Source of the DNA: Ardenticatenaceae bacterium
GTDB lineage: Bacteria; Chloroflexota; Anaerolineae; Ardenticatenales; Ardenticatenaceae
Reading direction: 5' to 3'
Length of the DNA stretch: 64,000 nt
Assembly (NCBI GenBank): GCA_026989095.1
Contig: JALSKA010000135.1
Location: 629 to 64,628, forward strand
A model generated the notes under the pieces. The model saw only the letters and a list, made by a program, of their open reading frames with translations, searched no databases and was not told where the DNA came from. The translations under genes were made by a program, and so were the position numbers. Positions 31,959-41,183 of the stretch are shown one piece after another. Every line of letters starts with the position of its first letter. Positions within the stretch are counted from its first letter, which is position 1.

Positions 31959-33725
31959 TTACTCGGCGCGGCTTTTTTCCACCAGGCGCCGGCGCTCTTC
32001 TTCGATCACCTGTTCGTCCAACTTCTGGAAGAGCACCTCGGGCTTGGCCAGGGGGCGACCGGGCTCCAAAGTGCTGGGCTTCCAGCGGTCCACGTGGCCC
32101 TCCTCGGCCAGGGGATGGTAGACCAACGCCACGTGGGAGCGTTCCCGCTCGTGGTATTCCTCGACGGTCACCTCGCCGAAGAGCGGGCCTTTGTGGCCCA
32201 AGGCGCGGCGCACGCGCTCGCTGCTGAAGGGCAACACGGGCGCCAGGAGCACATTGAGGGAATCGATGGCCCTCAGGGCCACGAAGATCGTGGTGGCCGC
32301 GGCCTCCTTGTCCTCCTTGATCTGGAACCACGGCGCCTTCTCGTCCAGGTAGCGGTTCACTTCCCGCGCCAGCCCCATCGTCTCCCGCAGGGCGGCCTTG
32401 AAGTGGGTGCGCTCGTAGAGCGCGCCGATCCGCTCGAACCCCTCCTCAACGCGACGCCACAGCTCGTGGTCCCGCTCCCCGAGCGGCCCGGGCGCGGGCA
32501 CACGCCCTTTCCAGCGGCGGTAGGCGAAGGAGATCACCCGGTGAACCAAGTTGCCCCACGTGGCCACCAGCTCATTGTTGTTGCGCTCCACAAACCCCTG
32601 CCAGGTGAAATCGCTGTCGCGGGTCTCCGGGGCAATGACGGTCAGATAGTAGCGCAGGGGATCGGGAGCATAGCGCTCCAAGTACTCGGGCAGCCAGATG
32701 GCCCAGTTGCGGCTGGTGCTGAACTTCTCGCCCTCCAGGTTGAGGAATTCGTTGGCGGGAATGTCATAGGGCAAGCTCAGGCCCTCGTCGTAGCCCATGA
32801 GCTCGGCGGGCCAAATGATGGCGTGGAAGGGGATGTTGTCCTTGCCGATGAAATAGTAGCTGCGGGCCCCGGGATCATACCACCACGTCTTCCAGGCGTC
32901 GGGCGTGCCGCGGTTGTGGGCCCACTCCACGCTGGCCGAGAGGTAGCCAATGACGGCCTCGAACCAGACGTACATCACCTTGCCCTTGTAGCCCTCCACG
33001 GGCAGGGGGATGCCCCAGTCCAAGTCCCGGGAGACGGGCCGGGGCTTCAAGCCGTCCACCAGGTAGTTGCGCACGAAGTTCTGCACGTTGGGCCGCCAAT
33101 GGCGCTGCCGGTCGATGTACGCCAACAGGCGGTCCTCGAAGGCGGGCAGGTCGAAGAAGAAGTGGACGGACTCCCGGGGAACCGGCCGTCGGCCGCAGAG
33201 CTTGCACCGGGGGTCCTGCAACTCCACGGCGTCGAGCGTGCGCCCACAGTTGTCACACTGGTCGCCACGCGCGTTCGGATACCCGCAGTGGGGACAGGTG
33301 CCCTCCACGTACCGGTCGGGCAGGAAGCGGGCATCGTGTTCGCAATAGAGCTGCGTCATGGTGCTTGTATAAATGTAGCCCTTCTCGTACAGGGTGCGGA
33401 AGAGCTCTTGGGCTACGGCGTGGTGGTTCTCGGTGTCGGTGTGGGTGAAGAGGTCGAAGCTGATGCCCAGCTTCTGCCAGTTGTCGAGGAAACGGCGGTG
33501 GTAGTGCTCGAAGACCTCGCGCGGCGAGACGCCCAACTCGGCGGCCTTGACCGTGATGGGCGTGCCGTGGGAGTCACTGCCGCTCACCATGAGGACGCGG
33601 TGGCCCCGCAGGCGGTGGTAGCGGGCGAAGATGTCCGGCGGCAAATAGGCACCGGCCACGTGGCCAAGGTGCAGGTCACCGTTGGCGTAAGGCCAAGCGA
33701 CGAAAATGCCCACAATCTCGCTCAT
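31959..33725 (-). CDS. metG: methionine--tRNA ligase
   Basis: ATG at 33725. Has the HIGH motif (DLHLGH), Zn knuckles CPHCG/CDNCG, and the KMSKS variant KFSTS. Confidence 0.95.
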   Translation of the reverse strand: MSEIVGIFVAWPYANGDLHLGHVAGAYLPPDIFARYHRLRGHRVLMVSGSDSHGTPITVKAAELGVSPREVFEHYHRRFLDNWQKLGISFDLFTHTDTENHHAVAQELFRTLYEKGYIYTSTMTQLYCEHDARFLPDRYVEGTCPHCGYPNARGDQCDNCGRTLDAVELQDPRCKLCGRRPVPRESVHFFFDLPAFEDRLLAYIDRQRHWRPNVQNFVRNYLVDGLKPRPVSRDLDWGIPLPVEGYKGKVMYVWFEAVIGYLSASVEWAHNRGTPDAWKTWWYDPGARSYYFIGKDNIPFHAIIWPAELMGYDEGLSLPYDIPANEFLNLEGEKFSTSRNWAIWLPEYLERYAPDPLRYYLTVIAPETRDSDFTWQGFVERNNNELVATWGNLVHRVISFAYRRWKGRVPAPGPLGERDHELWRRVEEGFERIGALYERTHFKAALRETMGLAREVNRYLDEKAPWFQIKEDKEAAATTIFVALRAIDSLNVLLAPVLPFSSERVRRALGHKGPLFGEVTVEEYHERERSHVALVYHPLAEEGHVDRWKPSTLEPGRPLAKPEVLFQKLDEQVIEEERRRLVEKSRAE

Positions 33726-33810
33726 GAGTCCACTCCCAAGCCCTTCCCCCTTCTCACAAGGATCTCCGGCCCACACGCGCCGGCGCGCTAACGCCGGGAC
33801 GGCTTGCGGG

Positions 33811-33839
33811 ATTATAGCGCAGTTGTCCGAATTTGACAC
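33811..33839 (-). promoter_or_regulatory. candidate metG promoter
   Basis: Minus strand reads GTGTCA, 17 nt, TATAAT. Supported by consensus match only. Confidence 0.3.
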
Positions 33840-33854
33840 GCGGGGCGACGGGGC

Positions 33855-36218
33855 TCACGGCCCCCGCACGCCCACGGGCACGAAACGCACCAGCGGGCCA
33901 GCCCGCACCTCGAAGGCGTAGAGGCCGGGGGTCTCGGGCAGCCTCAAGCGCGCCTGGAAGGCCTGCGGGCCCGTCGGCGTCGCCGCCACGCTTCTGCCCT
34001 GCCACCGCACCACCACGTCGGCCGGGTCGGAGGCCGGCACCTGCACGCGCACGCGCACCTCCTGGCCGGGCGCGCCCCACGCCGGCGTCACCCGAACGTC
34101 CAGGCCGGGAACGCCCGGAGGGGCCACGGCCAAGACCCGGACGTTCGTTTCCCCCTCGCCTTGGTTCTGCACCACGAATTGCCACGTGCCCCCGGCTTGG
34201 GCCTGCACGCTCCACACCACCACGGGCCGCAATCCCACGGCCTCGAAGGGGACCACGGCCACATCGTCGCGGGCCGGCACGCGGTCGTCGGCCAGGCGTT
34301 CGCCGTCAGGGGCGACGAGCCACGTCCGGGGCCGGGGACCCCGCCACGAGACCACCACGTGGCGCACGTCGCCGGCCTCGAGCGGCAGCGTGGCCGTCAC
34401 GCCGCGGGAGGAGGCAAGGCTCCCTTCTGCGATCACCTCCCACCGCGTCGGCGTGCGCGGCTCAGCCATTTTCGGTGGAGCAAGCTGCCACGCCGGCGGC
34501 ACCTCCTCCCCCCGCAGCCAAGGCCGCAACACGTCCCAGTAGACTTCGTTCTGCGGGCCCGTCAGGGTGGGCACACCCAGCTCCAACAGGCGCAGGTTCC
34601 AGCCGTGGGCCAGGGGTAACGTGCGCCGAAGGGCTCCGGGCATGGCCAAGGCCTCGGGCGCGGCCACCAGCCCATCTCCTGCCGGCAATCCCTGTAAAAG
34701 GGGGCTGTCGGCTTGGGGCAGCAGGTCACCGGCCACGGCGAGGCGGGGCACGGGCGGCACTTGGGCCGGCTGCCGCGCGCGGGCCAGGGGCAACACGTCG
34801 GCCACACCGGCATCGGCCGTGCCGTCGGCCACCTCGGCCGCCAGCATGTCGGCCCAGAGCCACATGCCGGCGTGGGGCGTGCCCAACGTGGCCACGCCGG
34901 CCACCCCTTGGGCGCCGTACAGGCGCACCATCGCCTCGGCCACCAGGCCGCCGTAGCTGTGGCCCACAAGCCACACGCCCGTGGCGCCCGTCTGGGCCCG
35001 CACGCGCTGGAGCTCGGCGTACAATTGGGCCGCGTTGGCCTCCAAGGGGCGATCAGGGCGGAGGGACCCGACGTAGACGACCGGATACCCGTCGCCCCGC
35101 AGGGCGCGGGCCAGGAACTTGAGCTGGCTCTTTTGCACGTCGGCGGCCCCGTAGAGCCCTGGGATGAGCATCACGGGTTGACGGGGCGGCTCGGGCGCCC
35201 AGCGCGGGGAGGGGCCGTACACGTAGAGGCCACGCGGCGTGCCCACCCAGAGCGCACCGGCGAAGGGGGCGATGGCCGTCACCGGCTCGCCAGCAGGGGG
35301 AAGGAACTGCTGTAGGCCAACGAGCCGGTTGGGTATCGGCACTGTGCGACACGAGGCGGGGCGTTGACGTGGCGCGGCCACACCCGATCCGGCCAGGACG
35401 CTCTGTCCCTGCCCAACGGCGAGGGCGGCCAGCGGCACATCGGTGATTCGGGCCACTCGGCGGACTTCTCCCCCCTCATCCAAGTCGAGCACCCACATGC
35501 CCGCCTCTCCGGCCGCCAGAAGGCGGCCGTTCTGACCGCTGAGGGCCAACAACGCCCGCCCCGGCGCTTGGCCGGGGAGCAGAACGGCTCGCCACGCCCC
35601 GGAGGGGTCTCGCAGCCAGAGGCGGCCCGCCCGCGTGGCCGCCCACACGCGGTCGCCCAGGCGGAGGAGCGCGGTTACACCACCAGGTGCGCCCGATTCC
35701 CGTTGCCACGCCTGCCCATCCCACCGGGCCACGCCCCGCGGTCCGCCGATGAAACCGTCGGCGGTTACGGCGAGAACGGTGCGGAAGGGGAGCTCGCCGG
35801 CCTCGGCCGACCACGAGCGAAAGGGACATGAGGCCCCGCCAGGACACGTGGCCGGGTGGTAGAAGATGCCGCGCTCGGTGGCAATCCACGCGGCGCCGTC
35901 CTCGGAAGTGGCCAAGGCCGTGATGGGCGCTGGCCCCCGGGGCAACGGGAGCCCGAGCACCTCGGCCTCGCCAGCCTGCCGGCCCAAGCGCACGAGCCAG
36001 AGGCCTCGGTCTGTGCCTACCAGCAGGCCGGTCTCGTCGCCGATGGGGGCCGGAGCAAGGGCGGTCACCAGCCAGCCCTCCAAGCCCGGCACGGGCGCAC
36101 AGGGAGGAGGGCCGGCCTGCGCGGCGGTGGCGCGAGCCAGACCGGCCCACAGGGCCACGAACACGACGATGCCGGCCACACGCCCGACCCGGACCACCGC
36201 GCCGCTCCTGTTGGCCAC
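33855..36218 (-). CDS. secreted multidomain protein: N-terminal beta-propeller-like repeats, central lipase/PGAP1-like alpha/beta hydrolase, C-terminal Ig-like region
   Basis: 787 aa with a signal-like N-terminus. Has the nucleophile elbow GHSYGG followed by LGTPHAG. The propeller assignment rests on repeat appearance only. Confidence 0.7.
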   Translation of the reverse strand: MANRSGAVVRVGRVAGIVVFVALWAGLARATAAQAGPPPCAPVPGLEGWLVTALAPAPIGDETGLLVGTDRGLWLVRLGRQAGEAEVLGLPLPRGPAPITALATSEDGAAWIATERGIFYHPATCPGGASCPFRSWSAEAGELPFRTVLAVTADGFIGGPRGVARWDGQAWQRESGAPGGVTALLRLGDRVWAATRAGRLWLRDPSGAWRAVLLPGQAPGRALLALSGQNGRLLAAGEAGMWVLDLDEGGEVRRVARITDVPLAALAVGQGQSVLAGSGVAAPRQRPASCRTVPIPNRLVGLQQFLPPAGEPVTAIAPFAGALWVGTPRGLYVYGPSPRWAPEPPRQPVMLIPGLYGAADVQKSQLKFLARALRGDGYPVVYVGSLRPDRPLEANAAQLYAELQRVRAQTGATGVWLVGHSYGGLVAEAMVRLYGAQGVAGVATLGTPHAGMWLWADMLAAEVADGTADAGVADVLPLARARQPAQVPPVPRLAVAGDLLPQADSPLLQGLPAGDGLVAAPEALAMPGALRRTLPLAHGWNLRLLELGVPTLTGPQNEVYWDVLRPWLRGEEVPPAWQLAPPKMAEPRTPTRWEVIAEGSLASSRGVTATLPLEAGDVRHVVVSWRGPRPRTWLVAPDGERLADDRVPARDDVAVVPFEAVGLRPVVVWSVQAQAGGTWQFVVQNQGEGETNVRVLAVAPPGVPGLDVRVTPAWGAPGQEVRVRVQVPASDPADVVVRWQGRSVAATPTGPQAFQARLRLPETPGLYAFEVRAGPLVRFVPVGVRGP

Positions 36219-36240
36219 GCCCTGTGCCTGCCGTGCCCGC

Positions 36241-36996
36241 TCAGGCCAGCAGGCTGTAGCCGCCGTCCACCACGATGGTCTGGCCGCGGATCATGTCGGC
36301 GTCGGGCGTGCAGAGGAAGGCCACCACGTTGGCGATGTCCTCGGGCGTGACGAGGCGGCCTGCCGGGGTCTTCTCCAAGCTCTGGCGCAACATGGCTTCC
36401 CTGTTGGGGAAGAACTTGAGAGCATCGGTGTCCACGACGCCGCCGCTCACCGCGTTGGCGCGAATGTTGTAGGGGGCCAGCTCCACGGCGAGGTAGCGGG
36501 TGAGCGTCTCGACCGCGGCCTTGCTGATGCCGATCACCACGTACTCGGGGAGCACAAACTGGGAGCCCAGGCTGGAGATGCCGATGATGTGGCCACCTCC
36601 CCGCTTCTGCATGAGGGGGACAGCCCGCTGGGCCGCGAAGAGATGGCTGCGGGCGTTGATGTTGATCGTCCACTCCCACCCCTTGGGCTTCTGCTCCATG
36701 ATGGGGCGAATGTAGCCGCTGGCCGCGTTGTTGACCAAGATGTCCAGGCCGTCAAATTCCCGTTCGATCTCGTCGAACATGGCGTTGAGCGAATTCAAGT
36801 CGCCCACATCGGCCTTGACGAGGTGGGCGCGCACGCCGTGGGCCCGGATCGCCTCGGCCGTCTCCTCGGCAGCCGAGCGCTTGCGCAGGTAGTTGATGAT
36901 GACGTCGGCCCCCTCGCCGGCGAACTTGAGCGCAATGGCCCGCCCAATGCCCCGGCTGCCTCCTGTGACCAGCACGATCTTGCCCTTGAAACGCAT
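36241..36996 (-). CDS. short-chain dehydrogenase/reductase (FabL/FabG-like)
   Basis: 251 aa. Has TGGSRGIG, NNAAS and Y..(I)SK catalytic motifs. Confidence 0.85.
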   Translation of the reverse strand: MRFKGKIVLVTGGSRGIGRAIALKFAGEGADVIINYLRKRSAAEETAEAIRAHGVRAHLVKADVGDLNSLNAMFDEIEREFDGLDILVNNAASGYIRPIMEQKPKGWEWTININARSHLFAAQRAVPLMQKRGGGHIIGISSLGSQFVLPEYVVIGISKAAVETLTRYLAVELAPYNIRANAVSGGVVDTDALKFFPNREAMLRQSLEKTPAGRLVTPEDIANVVAFLCTPDADMIRGQTIVVDGGYSLLA

Positions 36997-37104
36997 GGTT
37001 GTCTCCTCGCTCCTCGCTCAGAATTGGCCGCTACAGGCTCACGGGTTCTTAGGCTATCAGCAAACAGGGGTTTGAGCAAATGGAATGGGCGGGGGTGAGG
37101 GAAG

Positions 37105-37159
37105 TTTCCCACGCATATCCCACACGTTTCCCACACGTATCCCACACATTTCCCACGCT
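37105..37159 (+). repeat. five tandem, exactly phased 11-bp direct repeats
   Basis: The units are TTTCCCACGCA, TATCCCACACG, TTTCCCACACG, TATCCCACACA and TTTCCCACGCT, back to back. They lie in the divergent SDR / membrane-operon intergenic region. Confidence 0.9.
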
Positions 37160-37206
37160 CCTCGGCCCCGGCTAGCAGCATCCACCACAGGAGGCGGGCA
37201 CCGGCA

Positions 37207-37236
37207 TTGGGCAAACAGTATCTCCTGTGCTACAAT
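37207..37236 (+). promoter_or_regulatory. candidate promoter of the Hyf-like membrane operon
   Basis: TTGGGC, 18 nt, (TGC)TACAAT with an extended -10 TG. The -35 lies 47 bp downstream of the repeat array. Confidence 0.45.
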
Positions 37237-37308
37237 CTCAACCCGCCGGGCCACCGGGACGCGCCGGGAGCACGCTTCTCCCGGCGTCTTTGGTGCCTTG
37301 GCACACTG

Positions 37309-38898
37309 ATGAGGAGTGAGCCCGTGACCCTCACCCATCCCTTAACCATTGTCCTGGTGTTGCTGGGCGGCAGCTTGCTCATCCCGCGCACGCGGCCCTG
37401 GCTGAGCCGCCCCGCGCGCAGTGTGTTGACACTGGCTCTCATGGGGGTGGCCTTCTTTCTGGGGCTTCTGGCCGTCTCCGAAGTGCCCCAAGTCATTTCC
37501 CTCTCCCACTGGGAGGATTTCACCGGCACGGACGAGGCCATCGTGCTCCACTTCACCGAGCTGACCGGCCGGTGGATGTTGTTGGTCCTCTTCGCCGGCC
37601 TGGCTATCACCCTGGCCGCCCTGGACGAACCTTGGGAGGGGCCGACGGACGAATACATGACGCTCCTCGCCGGCGTGCCGGCCGCGCTGATGGTCTTCAG
37701 CATGGCCGGGAACTTCACCACGTGGCTGGCAGCGTGGGCACTTCTCGATCTCTTCTGGCTCTTCGCCATCGGGCTGCCGGGCCGCTCGCGCTGGCCGTGG
37801 CTGTTGGGGTTCCTCCAGGGCACAGGCATGTTCGCCCTCTTGGGCGCCACGCTGTTGGTCTGGCGTGCGTTCCGAGCGGTCTCGTTCACCCTGGCCAGCA
37901 TGCCCCTTTTGGCCGTCGTGTTGATCTCGGCGGCGCTCATACTGCGCACGGCCCTGTATCCCATCCACCTGCCTGCCCTGGCCCACAACGAAGTTCCGCC
38001 CCGCATTCGGGCCTTCTTCCCCCTGGTGAGCGCGGCGGCAAGCGGCTTCTGGCTGATCTTCTGGGTGTCGAGGTGGGGCACGGACTGGCTCACCGTGGCG
38101 TGGGAGCCGATTCTGGCAGCCGCCCTCGTGATCACGGGCTTTCTCGCCTGGAGAAAGCGAGAGCCAACCCAACAGGTCATCTTCCTGAACGCCTGGCTTG
38201 TGCTCCTCGTTCTCTGGGCCCTGTGGACTGGGCACCCTGACCGGGCAGCTCACATCATTTGGGGAGGCACGCTGAGCCTCGCCGCTCTGGCGCTCCACGG
38301 CGGGGAAGGGGAGCGTTGGGAGGTGGCCACCTTGCCCACCCTGTTGGCCGCGCTGGTCTTCCTGGGCATTCCGGGCAGCGGGCTGGCCGTCGTGGGCGAG
38401 CTGATCGCCGAGGCCGTGGCAGGGGGGCAAACCCTGTTGGGCGTGGCCGGCCTGCTCGGCTTGGCGGGCGTCACTGCCGCCATCGTCCACCAGGTGGCCG
38501 CGCCACGGCCGACCACCCAACAACCTTCCCGCTGGGCCGGCATCACCCTGCTCGCCTTGGGCGCGTGGCCTCCGTTCGGCCGCACGCTCTGGCTGGTGCC
38601 CCCGTTCCCGGAGCAGAGCGGGCCCACGGTGCCCTGGCAGTGGTGGATGGGCATGTTGGTCTTCGGGTGGGCCGGAGGCGTGTTGCTCTGGCGACTTCGA
38701 GGCGTGTGGGCGCGCTCCGATCTGGCCGCACGGGGAGCGACAGCCCTGGTGGATCTGGAGTGGGTGTGGCACGTGGCGGGCCGTTGGGGCGCAGGGCTGG
38801 CGGCCTTCTTGCGCGGGGCCGCCCGCATCGTGGAGGGAGAAAATTACGGCTGGCTCCTGCTCTTCCTGTTCATCGCCTTCGTGCTCCTCATTGGATAA
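37309..38898 (+). CDS. polytopic membrane protein, divergent NuoL/M/N-MrpA/D (HyfD-like) antiporter-type subunit
   Basis: Many TM helices. The segment LYPIHLPALAHNEVPPRIRAFFPLVSAAAS parallels the FHxWLPDAHxxAPTPVSA motif of Proton_antipo_M proteins but is degenerate. Start is either ATG 37309 or GTG 37324 (the latter 7 nt after GAGGAG). Confidence 0.6.
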   Translation: MRSEPVTLTHPLTIVLVLLGGSLLIPRTRPWLSRPARSVLTLALMGVAFFLGLLAVSEVPQVISLSHWEDFTGTDEAIVLHFTELTGRWMLLVLFAGLAITLAALDEPWEGPTDEYMTLLAGVPAALMVFSMAGNFTTWLAAWALLDLFWLFAIGLPGRSRWPWLLGFLQGTGMFALLGATLLVWRAFRAVSFTLASMPLLAVVLISAALILRTALYPIHLPALAHNEVPPRIRAFFPLVSAAASGFWLIFWVSRWGTDWLTVAWEPILAAALVITGFLAWRKREPTQQVIFLNAWLVLLVLWALWTGHPDRAAHIIWGGTLSLAALALHGGEGERWEVATLPTLLAALVFLGIPGSGLAVVGELIAEAVAGGQTLLGVAGLLGLAGVTAAIVHQVAAPRPTTQQPSRWAGITLLALGAWPPFGRTLWLVPPFPEQSGPTVPWQWWMGMLVFGWAGGVLLWRLRGVWARSDLAARGATALVDLEWVWHVAGRWGAGLAAFLRGAARIVEGENYGWLLLFLFIAFVLLIG

Positions 38899-38934
38899 TG
38901 GACACCAGAGGCCGGGCCAGCGAGGTGAACGGAC

Positions 38935-39657
38935 ATGGTTGAAACGCTCCTCCGGTTTCTGTTCTCCATGACGGCCGACCAAATTCTGATAGGTCTGGCC
39001 ATGACGGCGGCTGCCGTGGCCGTGGCCGTTGACTGGCGGGTGATCCTGTTTGCCTTGGGCCTTCAGTACGGTCTGATCTCGGCTCTGGTGGGGGATTACG
39101 TGCTCCCCCAAGTGGCCCTCACCAAGAGCCTCGTGGGCGGCTTCTGCCTGCTCATCCTCTACCGGACGGGCCGCCACGTCCAGAAGCGGGTGGACACGAG
39201 CGCCTTCCCCGGCACTTGGATCGACCAACAGCACGAGCTCCTTCCCTTTTCCACCTCGTTTCGGCTGTTGGCCTTGGCCATGTGGACCTTGGGCATCGTG
39301 ACGCTCTTCGACCAGCTTCGCTTCGACTTCGTCTCCCCCCAACTGCTCCTCCCGGCGTACTGGTTGGGGGGCATGGGCTTGCTGGCCATTATGTTAACGC
39401 GAGATCCCCTGAAGACCACGGCAGCCCTGCTCACCTTCGAGAACGGCTTTGAAGTGCTCTTCACGCCCCTCGAACCCGGGCTTCTCGTCCTGGCATTTCT
39501 GGGGACGGCCAACATCTTGACGGCGCTGGTCGGGGCATACCTGACTGTGGTGGCGAACCTGCGCTACTTGGAGCCCTTTGCGCCAGCGTCACGCCCGTTG
39601 GAGGCGATGCCGCCGGCCCTGAGGAGCCCCGAAGAGCAGGGGGAGGAGCTCCTTTGA
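38935..39657 (+). CDS. HyfE-like small polytopic membrane protein
   Basis: 240 aa. LTFENGFEVLF..P.L..L..GTANIL resembles the E. coli HyfE segment LMENGSHLVLALLA as I recall it. RBS is GAGGTG. Confidence 0.55.
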   Translation: MVETLLRFLFSMTADQILIGLAMTAAAVAVAVDWRVILFALGLQYGLISALVGDYVLPQVALTKSLVGGFCLLILYRTGRHVQKRVDTSAFPGTWIDQQHELLPFSTSFRLLALAMWTLGIVTLFDQLRFDFVSPQLLLPAYWLGGMGLLAIMLTRDPLKTTAALLTFENGFEVLFTPLEPGLLVLAFLGTANILTALVGAYLTVVANLRYLEPFAPASRPLEAMPPALRSPEEQGEELL

Positions 39658-41021
39658 CACTGCTGCCGCAGCCGGCCTGGCTCTGGATGCCCGTTTGGCT
39701 CCCCTTCGTGGCGGCGCCGGTCGTCTACATCCTGCGCCGGCACGAGCTCATCGCCGCCATCCTGACAGCAGCGGTGTTCGTGCTGAGCAGCTATTTGTTG
39801 TGGACGTCGCCGCCCCCGGAGACCACCCTGCTGGGCCGTCCCATCGTGTTGGAGCGCGTGCCGCGCGTGCTGTTGATCGCCCTGGGATTCTGGATGGCCG
39901 TAGGCGCGCTCTACGCGGCCCGCATCTCCCAAGGGTGGAGCCTTTTTCCCTTCTGGCCCCTGCTCTTCGGCGTGGTGGCCGTGGCGTTCATGTTCCAGGA
40001 TTTCATCGTGCGCGTCATTGTGCTCAAGGTGGCCTGGCTGGGCGCCATCCTGTTGGTGCAGAGCGGTGTGAAGGCCTCCACGCGGGCGGCCACGCGCCTG
40101 CTCGTCGTGATCGTGTTGGCCACGCCCGCGCTGCTCCTGGCAGGCGTCCTGGCCGCGCGCATCGAGGCCAACGCGAACTTGATCACCCTGGCCCCCCTGG
40201 CCGGCATTGGCTTCGGCATTGGCTTCAGCCTGGTGTTGGCCGTGGTCCCCTTTCACGCCTGGCTCCCCCAAGTGGCCGAAGATGGGCCGCCGCTCATCGC
40301 CGCCTGGTTCGTGGCCGCCTTTGGCACGGCCTATCTGGTGCTGCTCATCGACCTTGTCGGGCGAATGCCCTGGCTCCTGGAGGAAGGCCGGGGCCTCACC
40401 CTGCTGCGCAGCGGGGGAATCCTGCTCATCGCCGGCGGGGGCATTTTGGCCCTCGTGGAGACCCACGTGGGCCGCCTGTGGGCCTACAGCGTGCTGGTGG
40501 ACACCGGCTACCTCGTTCTTGGCATTGGGCTGGGCCGGCTCATCGGCATGGAAGTGCCCCTGATGGCCGTGGGGGCCCGCTTCGTGGCTCTCATTCTCAG
40601 CGGCGTGGCCCTGGCCACCATCCGCCACCGGGCCATGAGCCTGGAGATGGACGAATTGGCCGGCAGCGCCTCCAAAGTGCCCCTCTCCTACCTGGGATGG
40701 CTCTCGGGAGGGCTTTCCTTCTTAGGTGTGCCCCTCTCACCGGGGTTCCCGGGCCATTGGCTCATTCTGCGCCAGCTCTTCGCCCTGGACATACGACTGG
40801 CCTGGGGGATCGTGGTCGCCACGCTGCTGGGCGTTTTGGGCTACGTGCGCGCCCTGAACGCCGCGCTCCGCACGGCCCCGCCAGAGCGCCTGGAGACCAT
40901 CGAGCCCGAACCCATGTCGGTGACGGTGCTCCTGCTGATGCTCATCGTGGTGGCCTCGCTCATGGGCCTCGTTCCCCACGCCATCATGCCCTTGGTGCGC
41001 TTTATGGCCCAAGGGCTGTAG
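39654..41021 (+). CDS. NuoN/MrpD/HyfF-like antiporter-type membrane subunit
   Basis: TTG start 5 nt after GGGAGGAG, overlapping the upstream stop. PFHAWLPQVAEDGPPLIAAWFVAA matches the Proton_antipo_M core motif. Confidence 0.75.
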   Translation: MTLLPQPAWLWMPVWLPFVAAPVVYILRRHELIAAILTAAVFVLSSYLLWTSPPPETTLLGRPIVLERVPRVLLIALGFWMAVGALYAARISQGWSLFPFWPLLFGVVAVAFMFQDFIVRVIVLKVAWLGAILLVQSGVKASTRAATRLLVVIVLATPALLLAGVLAARIEANANLITLAPLAGIGFGIGFSLVLAVVPFHAWLPQVAEDGPPLIAAWFVAAFGTAYLVLLIDLVGRMPWLLEEGRGLTLLRSGGILLIAGGGILALVETHVGRLWAYSVLVDTGYLVLGIGLGRLIGMEVPLMAVGARFVALILSGVALATIRHRAMSLEMDELAGSASKVPLSYLGWLSGGLSFLGVPLSPGFPGHWLILRQLFALDIRLAWGIVVATLLGVLGYVRALNAALRTAPPERLETIEPEPMSVTVLLLMLIVVASLMGLVPHAIMPLVRFMAQGL

Positions 41022-41154
41022 TGGCCCGTCGCCCGTCAGCTTCCCCGCCTTGGGGGGCCCCGTGAACACCAAGTTGCCGGGCAGTTTCAATTTTTACCAT
41101 CTCTTTTTTTCATTCTTCTTTACATTTTTTGGTGCTCTATCCGGTAAAAATCCC

Positions 41155-41183
41155 TTGACGCCCCACCACCAGTGTGCTATGAT
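41155..41183 (+). promoter_or_regulatory. candidate promoter of the LysM lipoprotein gene
   Basis: TTGACG, 17 nt, (TGC)TATGAT, preceded by a T-rich UP-like tract in an otherwise GC-rich genome. Confidence 0.5.

Noticed and set aside
37105-37159. Tandem repeats considered as a CRISPR array or minisatellite.
   Set aside because: The units are 11 bp with no spacers, and no cas genes are nearby. The architecture fits protein-binding iterons, not CRISPR.
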